Shown here one piece after another: positions 12,130 through 24,345 of a stretch of DNA of 64,000 nt (positions are counted from its first letter, which is position 1; each line of letters begins with the position of its first letter). The DNA is from Mugilogobius chulae (taxonomy: Eukaryota): positions 574,968-638,967 of the forward strand of contig CM100124.1 of the NCBI GenBank assembly GCA_046056395.1, in the 5' to 3' direction. The notes under the pieces are model-generated. The model saw only the letters and a list, made by a program, of their open reading frames with translations, was not told where the DNA came from and did not search any database. The position numbers and the translations under genes were made by a program.

Positions 12130-12870
12130 TACAATACTTGGCCAAAAAGATCAGAACAAATCTCAGCTGTTTTCGTTTTATACGTGGAGACTTGACTCTC
12201 CAAACTGCAAAAATGTTTCTGAATGCAATGATCTTCTCACATTTATCGTATTGTATCACCTCGTGGTCCCAGGCTTCTGCAACTACTTTGAAAACTCTCT
12301 GTTCATTATATAAGACTACCGGTTCTTGATAAAAAGCACAGACACTGGCATCACTGTGAAATTTTAAAGAAACACAAACTACTGAATTTTGATAATTTTG
12401 TAATTTTTAATCATCTTAAATTATTCTTTAAGTGTCTTAACTCTGATATGTCACTGAATTTTGAATTTATTAATGTCATAAATTGTACACAGAGAGTGAC
12501 TAGAGGTGCTGCTACTGGGAATTGTGTGTTCCCAGTTCAGAACATCTAGTGGTTTGTCTTCCTTTCTGCCAAAGGGCCAAGACTATGGAATAGCTTACCA
12601 ACTTATCTAAAACAGGAAACAAATAGTAATATCTTTAAGAGTAAACTAAAATGCTTGTATGTTTCCACCAAATATGTACACATGGATAAAAATGATTAAT
12701 ATATGCACACTTTCTATAAGAATGTATTTTATATGTTATTTAAATGTGACTGTTTTTGTAATGGTATTTCTACGGACAGGTGTTTAAAATTAGCACTTGT
12801 GCTAAAACACTCAAAGCAGTGCATCTGGCTGGTCCAATGTGATTGTGATGTCCATAATAAACCTAAATAA
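12130..12870 (+). mobile_element. L2-like LINE 3' fragment (ORF2 C-terminus plus 3' UTR)
   Basis: ORF 12138-12329 translates to ...MIFSHLSYCITSW (LINE ORF2 motif xHLEYC..W), followed in another frame by TRGAATGNCVFP...WNSLP...FKSKLK, a teleost L2-type tail signature. Confidence 0.5.
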
Positions 12871-13726
12871 AATAAAAATAACGTACTATATCAGCTAACA
12901 ACAGGTGGCTCTTAAAACAATTCAGTCTGAAGAAACAGCGGAGACTTCTGGATCCTGACCTGTGACTTCAAACCAGGACATTTGAAACACAGTGTTTTTG
13001 TTAGGCTCAGACGACTGCGGTCTTTCTTACATCTGGACAAATCAGGAAGTCACCAATGTTAATTGGTTGAAGCTCACAGTTGAACAAACTCTGAGGGATC
13101 AGTTCATACAGAAGTGTCACGGGGAATGCCAGAGTATGACATCATGTGACGTATACATAAGTTTTAAAAATGTCTTTAAGCTGGAAAAATATCTGTTATG
13201 TGAGAACAAAACAGTCAGGCAGTCTATTTGTAATCTAAGAACTGGAAATAACAGACTGTCAAAAATCACTGGCCGATACAAAGTCATAGACAGACATTTA
13301 TTTATTTATTAGTTTATTTGACAGGGACAATGTACATTAATAAACATTTCTGTAAATGTACCAGAATTAGCCCAAATGGCTATTTTTCATCTGCTGTCCC
13401 CGGACTATGGAGGATTCAGAGTGCCACAATTCAATATATAAATACACCATTAAATAATTTTATGCCAATAAATAAATATATTTTGAAATAAATAATTAAA
13501 TGCACAATATTTTTAAAATAATTATTTACATAATTAATTATATATTGAATTGTACAAATAAGAAATAAATAGATTTATAAATACTGAAATAATTTAATTA
13601 ATTAAATGTGGCAATGATTAAATACATACATTATTACATAATTAAATGTGTCAATATATGTTCAAATACATCTTTAAATAAATAAATGTTTCAATAAATC
13701 TTTAAAAAAAAATTAAAACTATTCGT

Positions 13727-13875
13727 GAGTTCGGGGTCTCGCGAGGTCGGCAGCAGAGCCTGTGGCTGCAGCAGGACTGTAGTTAACCAGAGCTAATGTG
13801 AGTCACCCACCGTAGCAAGACCGGTCCGGTGGCTGCACCGGAGTTAGACTGGAGGCAGTGTGAGCCCGGGGTGAG
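13727..13875 (+). repeat. interspersed repeat (family with core GGTGGCTGCACCGGAGTTGGACTGGAGGCAGTGTGAGCCCGGGGT) abutting the acceptor of the next exon
   Basis: copies at 13727-13875 (+), 22548-22700 (reverse complement) and 23175-23240 (+). Confidence 0.7.
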
Positions 13876-13903
13876 TCTGAAGCTGATGTTCTGTTGTGTT
13901 CAG

Positions 13904-14005
13904 GACCTGACGGCCATCGGAGTCACTAAACCTGGACATCGCAAGAAGATTTCTCTGGAGATCACTCAGCTCAACATCGCAGAGTGGCTCCCGGAGTTTA
14001 TCCCG
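13904..14005 (+). CDS. caskin1: Caskin exon, second half of SAM domain 1
   Basis: cag|GAC CTG...CCG|gtaaga; translates to [34 protein letters not shown] (Caskin1 reads [34 protein letters not shown]); phase 0/0. Confidence 0.85.
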
Positions 14006-15500
14006 GTAAGAAACGCAAACATACATGTAAACAACAACAAACAAACATCGCAGAGTGGCTCCCGGAGTTTATCCCGGTAAGAACGCAACGTACATGTAAA
14101 CAACAACAAACAAACATCGCAGAGTGGCTCCCGGAGTTTATCCCGGTAAGAAACGCAAACATACATGTAAACAACAACAAACAAACATCGCAGAGTGGCT
14201 CCCGGAGTTTATCCCGGTAAGAAACGCAAACATACATGTAAACAACAACAAACAAACATCGCAGAGTGGCTCCCGGAGTTTATCCCGGTAAGAAACGCAA
14301 CATACATGTAAACAACAACAAACAAACATCGCAGAGTGGCTCCCGGAGTTTATCCCGGTAAGAAACTCAAACATACATGTAAACAACAACAAACAAACAT
14401 CGCAGAGTGGCTCCCGGAGTTTATCCCGGTAAGAAACTCAAACATACATGTAAACAACAACAAACAAACATCGCAGAGTGGCTCCCGGAGTTTATCCCGG
14501 TAAGAAACGCAAACATACATGTAAACAACAACAAACAAACATCGCAGAGTGGCTCCCGGAGTTTATCCCGGTAAGAAACGCAACATACACGTAAACGACA
14601 ACAAACAAACATCGCAGAGTGGCTCCCGGAGTTTGTCCCGGTAAGAAACACAAATATCTACTGTAAACAACAACAAACAAACATCGCAGAGTGGCTCCCG
14701 GAGTTTATCCCGGTAAGAAACACAAACATACACGTAAACAACAACAAACAAACATCGCAGAGTGGCTCCCGGAGTTTATCCCGGTAAGAAACGCAAACGT
14801 ACATGTAAACAACAACAAACAAACATCGAGATGCTCCCGGAGTTATCCGGTAAGAAAAAACAACATGTAAACAAAACAAACAAACATCGAGAGTGGCTCC
14901 CGGAGTTTATCCCGGTAAGAAACGCAAACATACATGTAAACAACAACAAACAAACATCGCAGAGTGGCTCCCGGAGTTTATCCCGGTAAGAAACGCAAAC
15001 ATACATGTAAACAACAACAAACAAACATCGCAGAGTGGCTCCCGGAGTTTATCCCGGTAAGAAACGCAAACATACATGTAAACAACAACAAACAAACATC
15101 GCAGAGTGGCTCCCGGAGTTTATCCCGGTAAGAAACGCAAACATGATACACAGTCCGGAGTTTATCCGGTAAGAAACCAAATACATGTAAACAACAACAA
15201 ACAAACATCGCAGAGTGGCTCCCGGAGTTTATCCCGGTAAGAAACGCAAAACATGTAAACAACAACAAACAAACATCGCAGAGTGGCTCCGAGTTTATCC
15301 GGTAAGAAACGCAAAATACATGTAAACAACAACAAACAAACATCGCAGAGTGGCTCCCGGAGTTTATTCCGGTAAGAGAAACGCAAACATAACATGTAAA
15401 CAAAAAAAACAACACAACAAACATCGCAGAGTGGCTCCCGGAGTTTATTCCGGTAAGAGACGCAAATATGTACTGTAAACAACAACAAACAAACAAACAA
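13966..15500 (+). repeat. 71-bp minisatellite, about 21 copies, each unit = last 32 nt of the SAM1 exon + GT donor + ~39 nt of intron
   Basis: unit atcgcagagtggctcccggagtttatcccg|gtaagaaacgcaaacatacatgtaaacaacaacaaacaaac repeated head-to-tail from the genuine exon end. Confidence 0.9.
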
Positions 15501-15769
15501 ACACACAACAAACAAACATCACAGACCGGCTCTAGTCCGTAGTAGTATTTTATTAACTGAAAGAAGAATTAAAACCCCGTATCATTCCGGCGTCCCTTCG
15601 AAGAGACGTCCCACTTTTTCTTTATAAATTCCATTTTGTTGAGTGTCTGAAAAAAACTATGAAGCACCTGTAAAGGTTAAATATAAAAATCCCATTGTAT
15701 CCCTTTTATTTAGAGTAAAATCAGCCTCTGGGACGATCCAGACTCAGATTTCTACTGGAAACCTCCAAA

Positions 15770-16225
15770 TAAAAAAAAGTCCTCAAAAATTCAAACATTT
15801 TAACAGGACTTTTGTATTGGCTCCACCTAGATTCTTTTGAGTAATTTTAGGTCCTAAAACACATTTTTACCTCAATCACCCTCAGCTTTTACAGAGGAAT
15901 GGTCAAAACCCCAAATCTGCCAAATCTAGAGTCATTTATGTCTAAACAGCAGCTTTACCAATCCTTTTAATTACCAAAACATTTAGGTGGAATTTAGATT
16001 GTGATTTTCTTTTGTTTGGAGAAAGTTCTCACTTCTGATGAGCCTGTTGGACATCAGAAGAAAAAACTACAGATACAGCTTTAAAAAGACCCCAGACATT
16101 TGCCTGAGCTCCAAAGGATCAGGAACAGTTTTAGTTTGAATTTTTACAGATTTTAGTCAGACGTGTGAGGGGAAAAGGACGGAATGAGAAGCATGAAGAT
16201 AGAGTTTAAATCACATGTAATAGTT
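15770..16225. repeat. ~450-bp interspersed repeat, copy 1 (copy 2 at 51690-52140)
   Basis: long near-identical alignment including cacttctgatgagcctgttggacatcagaag (an internal palindrome). Confidence 0.8.
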
Positions 16226-17199
16226 TATGTTCTGTAAAAATTACAGCTGGGCTGCGATTTTTTTTGTAATCGTGATGAATCGCATGCTTGAGCTGCGATT
16301 CCGATTAATCGCATTTTACACAGAAAGTTCAATAAATTGCTTTTTTAACCCTTTTTTCTCCAAAATGTAATTTTTTAAAAAAAGTATATTTAAGGTTCTT
16401 CATTATGTAGAGTGTACAATTCTGCACATTCTGTGGTATTTTGGTTTGATGCATAATTTTAGCACCAAATTATACATTATACATAACTCAGTTTTACATA
16501 ATAATATGAGCAGTGTGAATCAGTTTGGATATTTTTAAGATCAGAATGTTATTTCATCTTGTTTAGGCTGAACAGAAATGTACAAATCCAAGCTAATGGT
16601 TCTACAACATTTTCAGTCCAGTTCAGGTAAAATTTGGGCGAAACTTTACAGAAATTTTAGAGACATGGACAGTTCCCACAGGAGTAGAAACTCAGACCAC
16701 GTCGTAATTATTACAATTTACATGAGGCCGTGCGAATAGTTCTTTTGTTTGACAGAAATGTAATATTTCTAACTTTTCAGTATTTTTTCTGGTGGGAAAA
16801 AAGTCCCTGGCCTGGTCCTCTCGGGTCAAAATAACTTGGGAAGACAACAGATTCTATAATTTTTCAAAAGTTGACATCTGGGACCAACCATGAAAGTTTC
16901 ATGTTGGATCAGAGAATTGTATTTTATTGACAAAACACCCCAAAGATAACACAATAATCCATTCTGACAATAAAATAAAAAATAAGCTTCAGTTGAATTG
17001 CTGTTGTATTTATTTCTCAAATGTTCATCGTCAGGTTTGAAGCCCGAGACATGTTGTAGATCTGCTTTTGTCGTTTGGGGTTTGATGCTGTGGAACCTTT
17101 GGCTGTTTCCTCCTGTTGACCTTTGTGTTCTGTAAATACATCCAAACAATCTTCACTGGACGCTGTTTTGAAAGCAAAGATTTGCTGCTAAACAAGCGC

Positions 17200-17960
17200 G
17201 ATTGCAACTTGTGTCACCACCAAACTTCTGCACAAATATAAGTATTCATGCCTGAGTTTGGTCACATATCTACATGTCCGTTTCTTTATAGACATGAGTC
17301 CAGTGGTTTATGGCTGAACATGTCTGGATATATGTCTCACCCGGGTGTTTAAGGGCGTATAGGAATCTGCTGCTGTCGTGTTCAAGCCTCTCTCTCTCTG
17401 CGTCTGCAGATAGAGTCGACAATCAAGGCTCACTGTCGGCGCTGCTTGCATCAGAAGCTCCTCTATGGTCTTTCTTAGCTCCTCTATAACTCAAAAGTTG
17501 TCGATGGCAGCTTGCGTCGCCCAAACTCCTGCACAAATATAAGTATTCATGCCTGAGTTTGGTCACACATCTATATGTCCGTATCTTTACAGACATGAGT
17601 CCAGCGGTTTAAGGCTGAACATGTCTGGATGTGTTTCTCACCCGGATGTTTAAGTCTGGCAGGTGTTGGAAGCCATGCCAGGAAACAAACGATGTCAATA
17701 CCGGTTCCTTAGCAAGCTTGTGTCGCCACCAAACTCTTGCACAAATATAAATATTCATGCCTGAGTTTGGTCACATATCTATATCTTTATAGACATGAGC
17801 TTGGGTTTCATCAGCGGTTTAAGGCTGAAGATGTTCGGATGTATTTCTTACCCGGTTGTTTAAGGGGCGTACAGGTCAGGCAGGTGTTGTTGCTAAAAAC
17901 ATTGGGGCCAAGCCAGGAAACAAACGATGTTAAAGCCGGTTCCTTAGCGATCTTGTGGAA
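17200..17960. repeat. ~250-300-bp tandem repeat, 3 copies, at the 3' flank of the nested antisense gene
   Basis: 'caccaaacttctgcacaaatataagtattcatgcctgagtttggtcacatatctacatgtccg...' recurs at ~17215, ~17520, ~17725; a sub-segment ctctctctctgcgtctgcagatagagtcgacaatc... reappears inside the coding region at ~18040. Confidence 0.8.
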
Positions 17961-17964
17961 CTCC

Positions 17965-20900
17965 TTAATAGAAAAATTGGATGTTGCTGTGGTGGTCCAG
18001 GCCAAGCTGAACCAGGCGGCTGTTTCCAATCTGTCTCTCTCTCTCTTGGCGTCTGCGGATGGAGTCGACGATCGGGTCCACGCTGACGGAGCTGTTTCCA
18101 TCAGAAGCTATAGCCGTCCGGTCCTCTACACGATCACCACCAGTCGGCTCAGGGATGACAGATCTCGAATACTTCTCCTGCAGCTGGGTCATCAACGCCT
18201 TGGCTGCGTCCCTCTCCTCGCCGATCCTCCGTATCTCTTCGTTGGCTTCGACACACTCCTCTGTCTTCTTCACCAGCTCATCCCTGACTCTCTCAAACGT
18301 CCGTCTGCTCTTCATAAGCTTGTCTTCGGCTTGGTCGCAGTTCTCTCTGTACCTCTTCATCTCTCCCAGGGCATTGTCGCGCTCCTCTATGGCTTCGACG
18401 CACTCCTGTCTCTTCTTTATCAGCTCATCCATGTTTTGGTCGAACTTCTTTATGAGCGAGTTTTTGGTTTGTCCCACTCTTCTTTCATTCTTCTTTGCTC
18501 GTGCTTAGCGTCTTCGCACTCCTTTCTGTACTTCCTCTTCTCAACCCAGACACTTTCGTAATCCTGTCTGCACTTTCTCAGCTCTTCTCTAGTTTAATCA
18601 CATTCCTCTCTACTCTCTCTCAGCTCCTCTCTGATTGTCCTCCTCTGCGGTGTTTTTGTCCGCTCTAAGCCTTCACCTTTCAGACAGCTCTTGTTGTCCT
18701 TTCGCTCCGTTTCTAGCTCTTCCTTAAGCCAGTCTCGCTCACGATTACAAGCGAAGACTTGTTACTTTCCGTTTCCTCAACTTCTGAACTTTTCTTCTGT
18801 CGACTCTTGATCTCGTCCATTTCCCTTTCGTGACCCTCCTTCAGCCGCTTCAAGTCGTTCTCCAGCTTCTTCTCCAGTCCCTGACGTACTTCCTTAAACT
18901 CGGCATATTTACCTTTCATGACGGCTTTCATCTCCTCTTCCATCTCTCGTTTGGTGGAGCTTAAGCGTTCTTCTTTGGCTTTCTGGAGCTGTTCTTTTTC
19001 CTCGTCGAGCTCAGCCTGGATTTGTTCCAATTGTTGCTTGTGCATTGCTTTTAGTTCTTTTGCATTTTCCTCCTGCTGCTTTTGAAGTTTAGCTTCGAGT
19101 CTGGTATTTTCTTTCCCGATTTCATCCTCCAGATTCTCGCGGAGCTGCTCTAGTTTAGCCTCAGAGTCCTCTTTAAGCTTTTCTTCTTCCTCTCTCAACT
19201 TTGCAGACAGCGACTGACGTAGAGTCTGGAGTTGCATATCATTCTCAGCCTTTAGAAGCTTCTCTTGAGCTTTGAGACTTTCTCCAAGTCGCTCTAATTG
19301 TAGCTCGGATTCCTGCTTAAGTCTTTCTTCTTCCTGCGCTCTTTTGCTAAAATCGATTCACGCAAACGTTCTAGTTTCTCTTCAGTCTCTGCCTTCAGAC
19401 GATCCTTCTCCTCTTTGATCAACCTCTCTCGCCTCAGCCGATCAGTTCTAAGCTCTTCTTCAAGTCGCTCTAATCTGTCTTCCTCCTCTTTTCTCTTTTC
19501 TCTCATTCTCTCGTCAGTCTCAGCCTTTAGACGCTCCCCCTCCTTCCAGACCATCTCCTCCTGCACAATCCGATCGATTTGGATGGCTTCCCGTAAGTCC
19601 CGTAGTTCTTTCTCAGATTCCCGCTTCAGTCTTTCTTCCTCCTCTTTTCTCTTTGACAAAAACGACTGACGCATAGTTTCCACTCTCTTGTCAGTCTCAG
19701 CCTTTAGACGTTCCTCCTCCTTCCAGATCATCTCCTCTTGCACAATCCGATCGATTTGGATGGCTTCCCGTAAGTCCTGCAGTTCTTTCTCAGATTCCCG
19801 CTTCAGTCTTTCTTCTTCCTCTCTTCTCTTCGCTGACAGTGACCGGCGCAGTTCGCTCAGTCGTTCTTCGCTTTCAGCCTTCAGCCTCTCTTCTTCGTCT
19901 CTCTTCAGTGTTAGTTCTTCTGTCACTTCCAAACTCAAATCAGGCTGGAGCTTTTGAGACGAGGGCTGGTCAAACTTGTCGACCTGGGTGATCTGGGAGA
20001 AAGATCTTTGTCTTCAGTCATGCTTACTGCTTCCTCGTTGAAGTCATTGTCATAATTTGATGGACTGTCATCACAGAAAGAGTCTAAGTCTACGTCTGTG
20101 TTGTCGTCATCTTCTTCAATCTCGGGCTTATCAGACAAGTCTGATGAAGCTCGGGAAAGACTGAGCGAACGAACGGAAGAATGGTCTATTTCCGCTTCTA
20201 AAACCTCACTCACCTGCCCTTCCTTTTCAAAAACGTCATTGTCGTAGCTTAACGGTGGTGTTGGATCATCAAAGACTGAATTTAGCGATTTTAAGTCCAG
20301 ATCTGTGTCTTCTTCCAGTGAACTACGATCTCCATTATCTGCAGGTAGTTTCAAATCATCCCCCCAAAAGTCATCTTCTGTAGCTTTTCCGTCTCCTCCC
20401 TCATCATCTTCTTTAAGAACCTCGAGTGAAGCTCGTCATAAAAGTCTGATAAATCTTCAGAAAAACTGGACGATCTGGGAGAAAGATCCTCATCCTCTTC
20501 ATTGCCTTCTTCAGAGAACTTCTCGTCTCTTGCCTTTAACCTGATCTGTTCCTCCTCATCCAGCTCCTCGTTGTAATCAAAGTCTGAATTTAGCGATTTA
20601 GGTCCAGATCTGTGGCTGCGTTATTAGGAGCCATGTCTTCTTCCAGCGAACCAAGATCTCCAATATCTAAGTTTATATTTTCTGCTGCTTTGAGAGAAGC
20701 AGCAGTGAGAAAGAGCGTGTCTTTCTTCGTCTTTGTTCTTGCGGTTGAACGTTGTTCCTGCGCTGCTTCACGCCTGGCCTTACACCTCTGCAGTAGACGG
20801 TCAATGGAGTCTTCTTCCTCGTCGTCTGTTTCTGTCTCTGAAGGCAGGGCTGTGTTATTCTCTTCGGTGTCTGAGTGCAAGTCGCGTTCGGTTGAATATT

Positions 20901-21406
20901 GTTCCTGCGCTGCTTCACGCCTGGCTTTAAACCTGGCTTTAAACCTCTGCATTAGAAGGTCAAGGGAGTCTTCTTCCTCGTCGTCCGTTTCTATGTCCGA
21001 AGGCAGGGCTGTGTTCATCTCTTCGGTGTCTGAGTGCAAGTCGCGTTCTGTCGTTTCCATTTTCGCTGCTCCTTGGTTTTTCACATTCAGCTCTTCGTCG
21101 CTCGAAAGCACATCCAGGAGCTTTCTTCTCGCTCGTCTCTGTGAAATCTGAATCATTACCGACCTCTGTGGGAAAGAACGTGTCTTTCTTCGTCTTTGTT
21201 CTCGCGGTTGTGAGTTGTTCCTGCGCTGCTCTGCGCCTGGCTTCACACCTCTGCACTAGACGTTCAAAGGAGTCTTCTTCCTCGTCGTCCGTTTCGATCT
21301 CCGAAGGCAGGGCTGTGTTCATCTCTTCGGTGTCTGAGTTCAAGTTCAGCTGCAGGTCTCGTTCTTGCGTTTCCATTTTCAGTGCTGTTTTGGTTTTCGT
21401 ATTCAT
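17965..21406 (-). CDS. intronless antisense gene nested in a caskin intron: acidic N-terminal repeats plus long E/K/R-rich coiled-coil; open frame broken in at least 5 places as assembled
   Basis: consecutive minus-strand ORFs 20960-21406, 20590-21246, 19935-20354, 19294-19938, 18713-19237 and 17965-18477 abut or overlap in different frames; three ~150-aa N-terminal repeats (METxERDLHSDTEEMNTALPSxIETDDEEEDS..RCKARREAAQEQ), then EERLKAE/REEEERLKRESEKEL heptad-like repeats. Confidence 0.6.
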
Positions 21407-21600
21407 CTCCTCGTCGCTCGAAGCACGTACGGGAGTTTGTTCTCGCTCATCTTTGTGAAATCTGATCTATCTGTGTCGTACAGCGTCAGATAAACTGTTT
21501 TTACGTGGGAGCTCTGTGTCTGTGTGGCGTTCGGTTCGCTTCTCGTCGAGTTGTGACAGAATCGCTGACGTCACAGCCTAGAAAAGCCTAGAAAGGTTGT
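21407..21600 (-). promoter_or_regulatory. putative promoter/5' UTR of the nested gene, containing a palindromic CRE TGACGTCA
   Basis: tgacgtca at ~21567-21574, ~160 bp upstream (on the minus strand) of the ATG at 21406; an upstream in-frame ATG is followed quickly by a stop. Confidence 0.3.
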
Positions 21601-22295
21601 TGCTATGGTAACGTATTAGTTTAGTTTAGTTTATTTAATGAAACAGGGACAATGCACAATATACATTAACCTAAAATAGGAGAGATGCTTTGTATCAGGT
21701 TATAGCACAAGTCGTCCCTGGCAGGTTGATTTAACAGCAGATAAAATAATAATAATTATAAATTTAATTTATACTATAGTGCTGTTCTAGACACTCAAGA
21801 CGCTTTACAGTCAAAGGCAGTTGGGTCATTCTACAGAAACGGTGCCTTTTGTGTCCTTTAGTGGAAAATGAAAATATACAAAAATCATCAAAGTGTGTGC
21901 TTTGAATTTTAAATGTTTATTTAGAGTGTTCAATTTCAAAATCCAGATATTTCAAAAACTGCTCCTTGTTTTAGAGACACAGCCGGGAGAGCTGTTGATG
22001 TTGTTGAGGAGCATGGTACTAAAATGGCCGGTACATCTTAAAACTTCTGCCACATCATTCACACTCCTACAGGTCATTCATTCTCTCAGCACTTCACACA
22101 GTCGCTTTAAAATACACACTCACATCAGTCCGTGTAAAGAAAACTTAGTATTTTATGTTTTGCCAGAATGTGACAGTGATGAAATGAACGGCCTTTCCTG
22201 TCATGAATCCATAAAGAACTTTTATACAATGATTCAAATGGTCTCAGGGCAGATTTACAGGCCTGGGACCAACTTGTGATGCACTAAAAGAAACG

Positions 22296-23800
22296 TGGGA
22301 TAGGGCTGCACGATATTGACAACAAATCTAATTGCGATTTTTTTGTTTGATATTGCGATTTCGATTCGATATTCGATATTTATTAACATGTGTACATGGT
22401 TTTTTTTCTGTTGAGCAGGCCATTTTGCAACAATATTAAAAATAAACTGCCCTACTAATGAAAAGTTACATACATACATTTTAGATTGATTGATTGGATG
22501 TTGTGCTTGATAATTCAGTTGGCCTGTATAAACAGTAACTAAAGTAACTTACCCCAGGCTCACACTGCCTCCAGTCCAACTCCGGTGCAGCCACCGGACC
22601 GGTCTGCTACGGTGGGTGACTCACATTAGCTACGGTGGTCTACAGTCCTGCTGCAGCCACAGGCTCTGCTGCCGACCTCGCCAGACCCCGAACTCACGGA
22701 GGTTCACGTTCAACGTCAGAGAATAATACATCCATGGGGAGAATACGCGATCGCTGAGCACTTTTTTCTCTCTCTCTCTTTCGCTGAGCACAAATGTAAA
22801 CAAAGAACACGCGCCGAGTTTTGAGCTTGTTTCACGTCAGTTGATTTTCTGTTTGATTTTTCGCCCACAATGGGTAAGTACGGAGGTTTATTTACATTCT
22901 ATGTGTTACATAATCGTGTAAATGTCCTATTTTTACGTATTTTGTATTATTAGTGGTAACGTAATGATTTTATTTTGAAAACTACCGGATTTACTTCACC
23001 CGCGCTCGCTTGGTTTCCTGTTATCGTGTTTTGTTTTCACAACTTCATCAAAAAGGGCTCCGGCGTCCGGCCAAAATTTGAAACAAACGAAACGGATTCG
23101 GAGCGCCGGATTGGCCGTACCGGAGACACCGGACTGGACTGTAGCTGTGTGAGCCACTCTCGGACTTTTCAAGTTAAGTAAAGACTCCGGTGGCTGCATC
23201 GGAGTTGGACTGGATGCAGTGTGAGCCCGGGGTTAGACTATTATTTAACCTGTGACAGAAATATACATCTACACCAGCAGATGGCGCCAACGTCCCCTGT
23301 AGAGCTCTGGCGTGTTATACTGGAAAAAAAACAAAAAAGATTGCTAAAACTCCAATAACAATGTTTATCTCTTAAGGACTGAGCAAACCTGCGTGACTCT
23401 GCGGTGTTTACGGACTTATATCAGTCATGCAGCTTTTATTCACTTGGATTTTATGTTTGTGAAGAAAACAAACTGGATTTGCCTCGGAAAATATTGATGC
23501 TTTGCCTGTTCAGGTAAGCGGCTAAAGCTAGCAGCATCTGCAAAATGTGACTCTTTATTTATGAGTGATTTTATTGAATACGCACTAGAACAGTCATGAA
23601 AGTCATTTTGTGCAGTTTAAAGGCCTGTTGCTGTGGTGCTGCCCTGTGTTCACTTTCGTGGTGCGCTGTGTCCAATAAAAATAAAAAAGGAGGCTAAAGC
23701 GTAAGAAAAGGAGGAATATCGAGGCTTTTGCAATTAGGTAATCACAGTTGTCAGTATTGATTCGATATCAATATATCGTGCAGCACTAATGTGGGACAAT
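22296..23800. mobile_element. DNA-transposon relic with TIR GGGCTGCACGATAT(A)TTGA
   Basis: 22298 gggctgcacgatattgacaa matches the reverse complement of 23765-23795 ttgattcgatatcaatatatcgtgcagcactaat; carries family-X repeat copies internally. Confidence 0.55.
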
Positions 23801-23939
23801 AATTTCATTCAGATACGTAAGTCCCGAAGTCAAAGATACTCAAAAGAGTTTCTACTGAAAAAGAATGTCCAGTTAGTCATGTTGTGCTAAAAATGTAAAT
23901 CTACGAAGCTTAAACCTGGTGTCCACAACACAAGTTTAT

Positions 23940-24345
23940 TCTACTGGCAGGAGGACTTGGGGCGTGGCTTAGCTCTCTTGTATTCTATTGGCAGGAGGAC
24001 TTGGGGCGTGGCTCAGCTCTCTTGTATTCTATTGGCAGGAGGACTGGGGGCGTGGCTTAGCTCTGTTTACTCTATTGGCAGGAGGACTTGGGGGCGTGGC
24101 TCAGCTCTGTTTATCTGTATTAACAGGAGGACTTGGGGGCGTGGCTCAGCTCTCTTGTATTCTATTAACAGGAGGACTTGGGGCGTGGCTCAGCTCTCTT
24201 GTTTTCTATTAACAGGAGGACTTGGGGCGTGGCTCAGCTCTCTTGTTTCTATTACAGGAGGACTTGGGGCGTGCTCAGCTCTCTTGTATTCTATTGGCAG
24301 GAGGACTTGGGGGCGTGGCTTAGCTCTCTTGTATTCTATTAACAG
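23940..24345 (+). repeat. 43-45-bp tandem repeat, about 10 copies, each unit = polypyrimidine tract + AG acceptor + first ~24 nt of the SAM2 exon
   Basis: unit ctcttgtattctattggcag|GAGGACTTGGGGCGTGGCTCAGCT; the final copy runs into the genuine exon (GAGGACTTGGGGGCGTGGCTCAGCTCCATAGGCCTGCTGCAG, translating to [14 protein letters not shown]). Confidence 0.85.

Noticed and set aside
13966-15500. Regularly spaced direct repeats superficially resembling a CRISPR array (also at 23940-24345 and 60700-61620)
   Set aside because: Eukaryotic intronic context. The 'spacers' are not unique (they are part of the repeating unit) and there are no cas genes. They are minisatellites.
13844-15515. Dozens of short ORFs on both strands ([24 protein letters not shown]…, [12 protein letters not shown]…)
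   Set aside because: Reiterated reading of the 71-bp junction minisatellite; not independent genes.
17737-18561. Plus-strand 274-aa ORF (Ser/Leu-rich) opposite the nested gene
   Set aside because: Antisense shadow ORF of a low-complexity coiled-coil coding region. The minus-strand frame carries the coherent heptad or charged-repeat signal.
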